From a virus (Duplodnaviria > Caudoviricetes): a stretch of DNA of 38,428 nt. The DNA lies in IMG/VR virus record IMGVR_UViG_3300025018_000058, positions 1-38,428 of that record, one strand, 5' to 3'. Of this stretch, positions 33,982 to 38,428 are shown one piece after another (the first letter of the stretch is position 1; each line of letters begins with the position of its first letter). Below the pieces are notes generated by a model. The model ran no database searches. It saw only the letters and a program-made list of their open reading frames with translations, and was not told where the DNA came from. The position numbers and the translations under genes were made by a program.

Positions 33982-35535
33982 ATGACAGAAGAAGAATTTG
34001 CAAAAAAAATAAAAGGGAAATATCCTCAATATTCTTCACTTTCAGATAAAGATTTAACAAAAAAAGTTCTTGAGAAATACCCTACTTATGAAAGTAAAAT
34101 AGAAAGAAAACCAGGAATTGTTTCTAAGGTATTAGGTTTTGGTAAAGAATTAGTTAAAGATGCTGGAAAAACATTAATTGTTAGACCAGCAGCGAGAGCA
34201 ACAGAAGCAATAACTAGAACACTAGCACCTAATAGTTTAGCAGCAAAAGGATATGAGGATATGGCAGACTCTGGTGAAAGTCATAGGATTTTGGGTATTG
34301 ATATTGAACAACAGAAAGCTTTCGGTCAAGGTGGTGGTAAACAGATAGCTGGTAATGCACTTGAAACTGCTGGTTGGTTATATGGAACAGGGAAGGTATC
34401 TAATCTTGCTATGAATAAAGCAGCCCAAACAAGCACAAAGAAATTCTTAGGGATGATGGCTAAAGAAGGTGCTATTGGTTCTGCATTAGGTTCAAGTGGG
34501 GCTCAGTTGTCAAGAAATGGTAAAATAGACCCACTTACAGTTGCTAGAGATACTGCTATAGGTGCAGTTGCAGCTCCTGTATTGGGATTTGGTTTAAATA
34601 AACTATTAACCAAGAAAGCAGGCAAAGTAGTAGATGAAGTAGTTACACCTAAAGTAGAAGAACCTAAAAACTTGATAGAAGTAGGAGATAGAAAGTTTCA
34701 AGTAGATGAACCTACTTATACTAAATATAAACAACAAGAAGTAGCTACACAATCTAAGATAGACCAACTAACTAAACAAACAGAACGACCTGATATAGAC
34801 CAACAAAAGTTGGATTACTTCGGAGCACAAATAAGAAAAGAACAATCTAATCTTGATAAGATAAAGAGAGATATTACAGGTAATTATACAGCAACTGAAT
34901 TAAAGACACTTGTCAATAAAGAAAGAAAAGAATTTACTAAACAAGGATTACCAGACCAAAGAACCGATGAACAAATAATAGACAAAATAACAAGCAAGAG
35001 GGTTGAATATAATCCTGATTTACAACAACCTACTTATAAAACAGAAACACCAAAACAAGACACACCTAATACAGAATCAACCATAAATGTAAAGAAAGGA
35101 AATATTGACCAACAAATAGATACCTTTAGGGCTAGATTTAATGAAAAAGGTGAACAATATTGGAGAGACGTTGCATCACAAAAGATTGACGACCCAGATG
35201 TAAGTCCACAGATTGCATATAAACAACTTGAACAAAAATATGATATAGATGACAATAAGGATAAATTATTTGAGTTATTCCAAGAATCTTCAGAAAAAAC
35301 ATCGTCTGAGCAAGGTAGAGGTCTTGCTTACCTTAATTCAGGAGAAGCAAGTTTTGGACCACTTACATCACTACAACACGCACAGGGTGTATTAGATGCC
35401 AAACTTAAAAGAATGAATATAAACATAGAACCTGAAATAAAGAATGGTATAGACGATGTATTAAAAGATATTAATAATGGAAAATCTATGAATGAAGCTA
35501 TTGATAGTTTTATAGATTTACTAACTTGTAAATAA
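33982..35535 (+). CDS. Internal virion / ejection protein 2
   Basis: FAKKIK.KYPQY N-terminus, Ala/Gly-rich helices; synteny. Confidence 0.55.
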   Translation: MTEEEFAKKIKGKYPQYSSLSDKDLTKKVLEKYPTYESKIERKPGIVSKVLGFGKELVKDAGKTLIVRPAARATEAITRTLAPNSLAAKGYEDMADSGESHRILGIDIEQQKAFGQGGGKQIAGNALETAGWLYGTGKVSNLAMNKAAQTSTKKFLGMMAKEGAIGSALGSSGAQLSRNGKIDPLTVARDTAIGAVAAPVLGFGLNKLLTKKAGKVVDEVVTPKVEEPKNLIEVGDRKFQVDEPTYTKYKQQEVATQSKIDQLTKQTERPDIDQQKLDYFGAQIRKEQSNLDKIKRDITGNYTATELKTLVNKERKEFTKQGLPDQRTDEQIIDKITSKRVEYNPDLQQPTYKTETPKQDTPNTESTINVKKGNIDQQIDTFRARFNEKGEQYWRDVASQKIDDPDVSPQIAYKQLEQKYDIDDNKDKLFELFQESSEKTSSEQGRGLAYLNSGEASFGPLTSLQHAQGVLDAKLKRMNINIEPEIKNGIDDVLKDINNGKSMNEAIDSFIDLLTCK

Positions 35536-35537
35536 TT

Positions 35538-37586
35538 ATGGCAAACACAAATACTTGTATACCTAAAGAGATAGCCACAAAACTTAAACAACAATTTAAG
35601 GCTAAAAAACCATTGACTAATGAGGAACTTCGTAGAAAAATAACAAGTTTAGTTAAGTCTAAATACAATGCAGAATTATCATTTGAAAATAGTTCAAAGA
35701 TTATTGATTTATCTTCTAAAGTAAAGAAGGCTATTAAGAAACTGGGTGGTGAATCAGGTATTGGTGATTTAGCAAAAGAAGCTGACCAAATTGAATACTT
35801 TAAAGCTGATATAGAATTAAACAAATATCTTAAAGAACTAGACCCATCTAGTGATTTAGCTGTTGCCACAGGAACTATAGGTAGAGGAGCGATGTTGGCA
35901 TCTGTTAAATCTCCTATAATGAACACTATTGGTAACTTAACAAATACAATAGCTGAAACATTAGTTCGTAGATTAAGAAGTGCTTCTTTCAATGTACCTG
36001 AACAAATTGCTAATAGTAAAGTATCAAAAGATTATTTTGCTATGGCATCTAGAATATTTAATGAAACAGGTGTTGATATTTCTCGTATGACTGACATAGG
36101 AGATATTGGAGCTGGTGGTCAAAGAGTTCTAGGTAAAGATACTATAAGTGCTGTAGGTAAAGGAAGTATTAAATGGCTAGGTAGAAAAGTAGAGAATGGT
36201 GTATTCAAAGGTATGCTTGGTTATATGGATAACTGGACTGCTAGTTTTAACTTCGCTGATAGTGCGTTAGTTCAATCTACAAAGATAGCAAAAGGAGATG
36301 CTAAACTAGCAAAAGACATTATGGAAGATGCTATGAAACTTAAACCCTCAACACCACAAGGACAAATAGTAAGAGCACAAGCTGTTCTTGATGCCAACGT
36401 GGCTGCTTTCACTAATCGTTCTAAATTATCTGCTGCTGCTGAAGGAGCAAGAGATGTATTAAATAAACTTACAGGAGATGCAAGAGCTGGGGATTGGTTT
36501 ATGCCATTCGTTAAAACTCCTGCCAATGTTATTGCTACTGGTGTTGAATATGCTGGTGGTGGATATATAAAAGGATTATATAAACTTACCTCAGGTATTA
36601 AGAACGGAACACTAAAAGACCCACAAATAATAAGAGAAATAGCAGATACAATATCTAAAGCAGGTATTGGTAGTTTGGCTGCTGTAGGTTTATCTTCAAT
36701 GTTTAAACCTGATGACTTTGTTGGTGCTTACGACCCTAAAAGACAACAAATAGAACAACTAAGAAATTCAAACTATAATGCTGTTAGAATTGGGAATAAA
36801 TGGATTTCCGTAGAATACTTTGGACCATTAGCAATACAACTAACCGCTGCTATGTATGCCAAACAAGGTATAGGTAGTGAGAAGATTAATAAATATGGTG
36901 AAGGTATTAAATCTGCATTATTAGAAACACCTGGAGTTGATATAGTTACAGATGCAGTTAAAAATGCTATATTTTCTAAAGATAAATCACTTGAAGATAT
37001 TGGTATTGATACATCTAAAAAAGCAATAAATGAGATTTCTAGTAGATTAGTTCCTGGTATAGTTCTTGATATTGCTAAGGCTATTGACCCATATGAAAGA
37101 GATACAAAAGGTAGCTTTATGGGTGGAGTTCAGGCTAAAATTCCTGGATGGAGAGAAGGACTACCTGCTAAACAAACAGTATTAGGTGATAAAATAAAAA
37201 CTGAATCACCATTATCTACTATTTTATTTGGAGCTAGAGTTAAAACTGATAGGGCTACAAATGTGATAAATGAAGTGAATAAAATTACAACATCTCAAGG
37301 TAAGGGTTCTTCTTTCACAGATTGGAATAAAACTACAAGTAAACAAGTATCTCAATTCAAAGATAAGGCAGGTGAAGTAAAATTCAAAGAAGCTGTTGTT
37401 AAATATGGGCAAGGGATTAATACTGAACTAGAGAAATTATTCAAAAATCCTAAATACCAAAAAATGACTGATGCTGAAAAACTTGACCAAATTAATATAC
37501 AAGATGACCAAGTTAGGGATAAAATATTCAAAATGTATAGATTTACATACAAACAAGACAAAACTAAACCACAACCAAAACTATAA
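35538..37586 (+). CDS. Internal virion / ejection protein 3
   Basis: MPFVKTPAN, G.KWIS.EYFGP motifs typical of large podovirus ejection proteins. Confidence 0.55.
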   Translation: MANTNTCIPKEIATKLKQQFKAKKPLTNEELRRKITSLVKSKYNAELSFENSSKIIDLSSKVKKAIKKLGGESGIGDLAKEADQIEYFKADIELNKYLKELDPSSDLAVATGTIGRGAMLASVKSPIMNTIGNLTNTIAETLVRRLRSASFNVPEQIANSKVSKDYFAMASRIFNETGVDISRMTDIGDIGAGGQRVLGKDTISAVGKGSIKWLGRKVENGVFKGMLGYMDNWTASFNFADSALVQSTKIAKGDAKLAKDIMEDAMKLKPSTPQGQIVRAQAVLDANVAAFTNRSKLSAAAEGARDVLNKLTGDARAGDWFMPFVKTPANVIATGVEYAGGGYIKGLYKLTSGIKNGTLKDPQIIREIADTISKAGIGSLAAVGLSSMFKPDDFVGAYDPKRQQIEQLRNSNYNAVRIGNKWISVEYFGPLAIQLTAAMYAKQGIGSEKINKYGEGIKSALLETPGVDIVTDAVKNAIFSKDKSLEDIGIDTSKKAINEISSRLVPGIVLDIAKAIDPYERDTKGSFMGGVQAKIPGWREGLPAKQTVLGDKIKTESPLSTILFGARVKTDRATNVINEVNKITTSQGKGSSFTDWNKTTSKQVSQFKDKAGEVKFKEAVVKYGQGINTELEKLFKNPKYQKMTDAEKLDQINIQDDQVRDKIFKMYRFTYKQDKTKPQPKL

Positions 37587-37587
37587 C

Positions 37588-37616
37588 TTGACATATCAAT
37601 ATAATTATGTTATAAT
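37588..37616 (+). promoter_or_regulatory. sigma70 consensus promoter, leaderless
   Basis: TTGACA-N17-TATAAT with TGn; 6 nt to ATG 37623. Confidence 0.8.
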
Positions 37617-37622
37617 ACATTT

Positions 37623-38428
37623 ATGGAAGAATCTAAAAAAGAAAACTCAATAGAAAGACAAAAATTTCAAATGCATAAGCAAGGTTATAAAGAACTAACT
37701 GATGCTATTAAAGATTTAAAAGAAGTAGAGAAACCAGAAGTTCAAAAAGTTGAATTAAATGGTGTTTCTTTAGTTACAATTAAGGGTGATAAAGGAGATA
37801 AACCAACAAAAGAAGAACTTACCCCTATAATAAAAGAATTAATACCTGAACCTAAAAAAGGAGATAAAGGAGAAAAAGGTGATAAAGGAGAAAATTATAT
37901 TATCACAGAAAAAGATAGGAAGGATATTGCTAAATCAATCAAAATTCCAATTGTAGAAAAAATAATTGAAAAACAAATTATTGAAAAACCTATAGTTACT
38001 GAAACGATAAAAGAAGTAGCTAAATATGAAGATGCTGAAGATATCGCAGATAAATTAGATGGAATTAAAAAACAATGGTTATCAATAGATGCTATACGTG
38101 GAGATTTTAATTCAAAAGTTAGACAAATAGTTCATACAGGTGGTACTAGTGGAATACATCAAGTAAAAACAGATTCTACAATTACTGGAGATGGAACTGA
38201 TGCAAGTCCACTACACGCAGTTGGTGATGGTATTGGTGATATGCTAAAAGCAACTTATGACCCTGCAAATGGTGCTAAACAAGTAGCATTTTTAGAACAA
38301 ATACCAGATATTTCAAGTAAGGTCGCAGGTCCAACCTCTGCTATAGATATGGGTGTAGTCCTATATGATGGAACAACAGGCAAAATAGTGAAAAATTCTA
38401 GTAACTTTGTGCAATTAGATAACGGCAA
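37623..38428 (+). CDS. N-terminal part of tail fibre 3 / adhesin (continues to 1259 across the junction)
   Basis: Open frame MEESKKEN...KGDKGEKGDKGE...GDMLKATYD...AIDMGVVLYD to the window end; missed by the ORF track because it has no stop. Confidence 0.85.
   Translation, partial: MEESKKENSIERQKFQMHKQGYKELTDAIKDLKEVEKPEVQKVELNGVSLVTIKGDKGDKPTKEELTPIIKELIPEPKKGDKGEKGDKGENYIITEKDRKDIAKSIKIPIVEKIIEKQIIEKPIVTETIKEVAKYEDAEDIADKLDGIKKQWLSIDAIRGDFNSKVRQIVHTGGTSGIHQVKTDSTITGDGTDASPLHAVGDGIGDMLKATYDPANGAKQVAFLEQIPDISSKVAGPTSAIDMGVVLYDGTTGKIVKNSSNFVQLDNG
38302..38428. repeat. Terminal direct repeat, copy 2
   Basis: Identical to 1-127. Confidence 0.95.

Noticed and set aside
1991-37653. Antisense or overlapping ORFs in the track (e.g. 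1991-2296, 2646-2897, 3201-3425, 18489-18671, 19596-19952, 35510-35992, 37471-37653)
   Set aside because: They overlap stronger genes or promoters, have atypical composition and show no recognisable motifs.
1-38428. Alternative genetic code (TAG or TGA recoding)
   Set aside because: Long genes are intact under code 11 and all three stop codons end genes with tight coupling.

Overview
This window looks like a complete, AT-rich, podovirus-like dsDNA phage genome of 38,301 bp. The first 127 bp recur at 38302-38428, which is best explained as an assembly overlap that closes the circle. There are two divergent arms either side of a ~1.1 kb non-coding control region (18.5-19.6 kb). The rightward arm runs from 19.6 kb to the end and wraps to 2.4 kb. 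It encodes the terminases, a P22-like portal, scaffold, capsid, tail tubular proteins with a free-standing NUMOD3-HNH endonuclease between them, three tail fibres, three large ejection-type proteins, a holin-like protein and a two-peptidase endolysin. The leftward arm (18.5 to 2.5 kb) encodes a replication initiator, a primase-helicase with a degenerate TOPRIM domain, a PD-(D/E)XK nuclease, a DNA methyltransferase, YopX, DUF5664, an RNase H-like exonuclease, NinG, an Rnl2-type RNA ligase, two exported lysozyme-like proteins and many small ORFs. I saw no integrase, repressor, polymerase, reverse transcriptase or CRISPR array. Eleven sigma70-type promoters are present, many positioned to give leaderless mRNA, and Shine-Dalgarno motifs are essentially absent; together with the protein repeat types this suggests a CPR/Patescibacteria-like host (inference). 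The best candidate for a new system is an RNA-centred set in the early arm. It comprises a 64-nt tRNA-like RNA just downstream of the RNA ligase, several long intergenic stems whose mismatches are G-U pairs on the transcribed strand, a promoter-driven ORF-less structured RNA, and an Sm-like DUF6948 protein coupled to a pure G/S/Y/D low-complexity protein. All family assignments come from motif recognition by eye, not from database searches.
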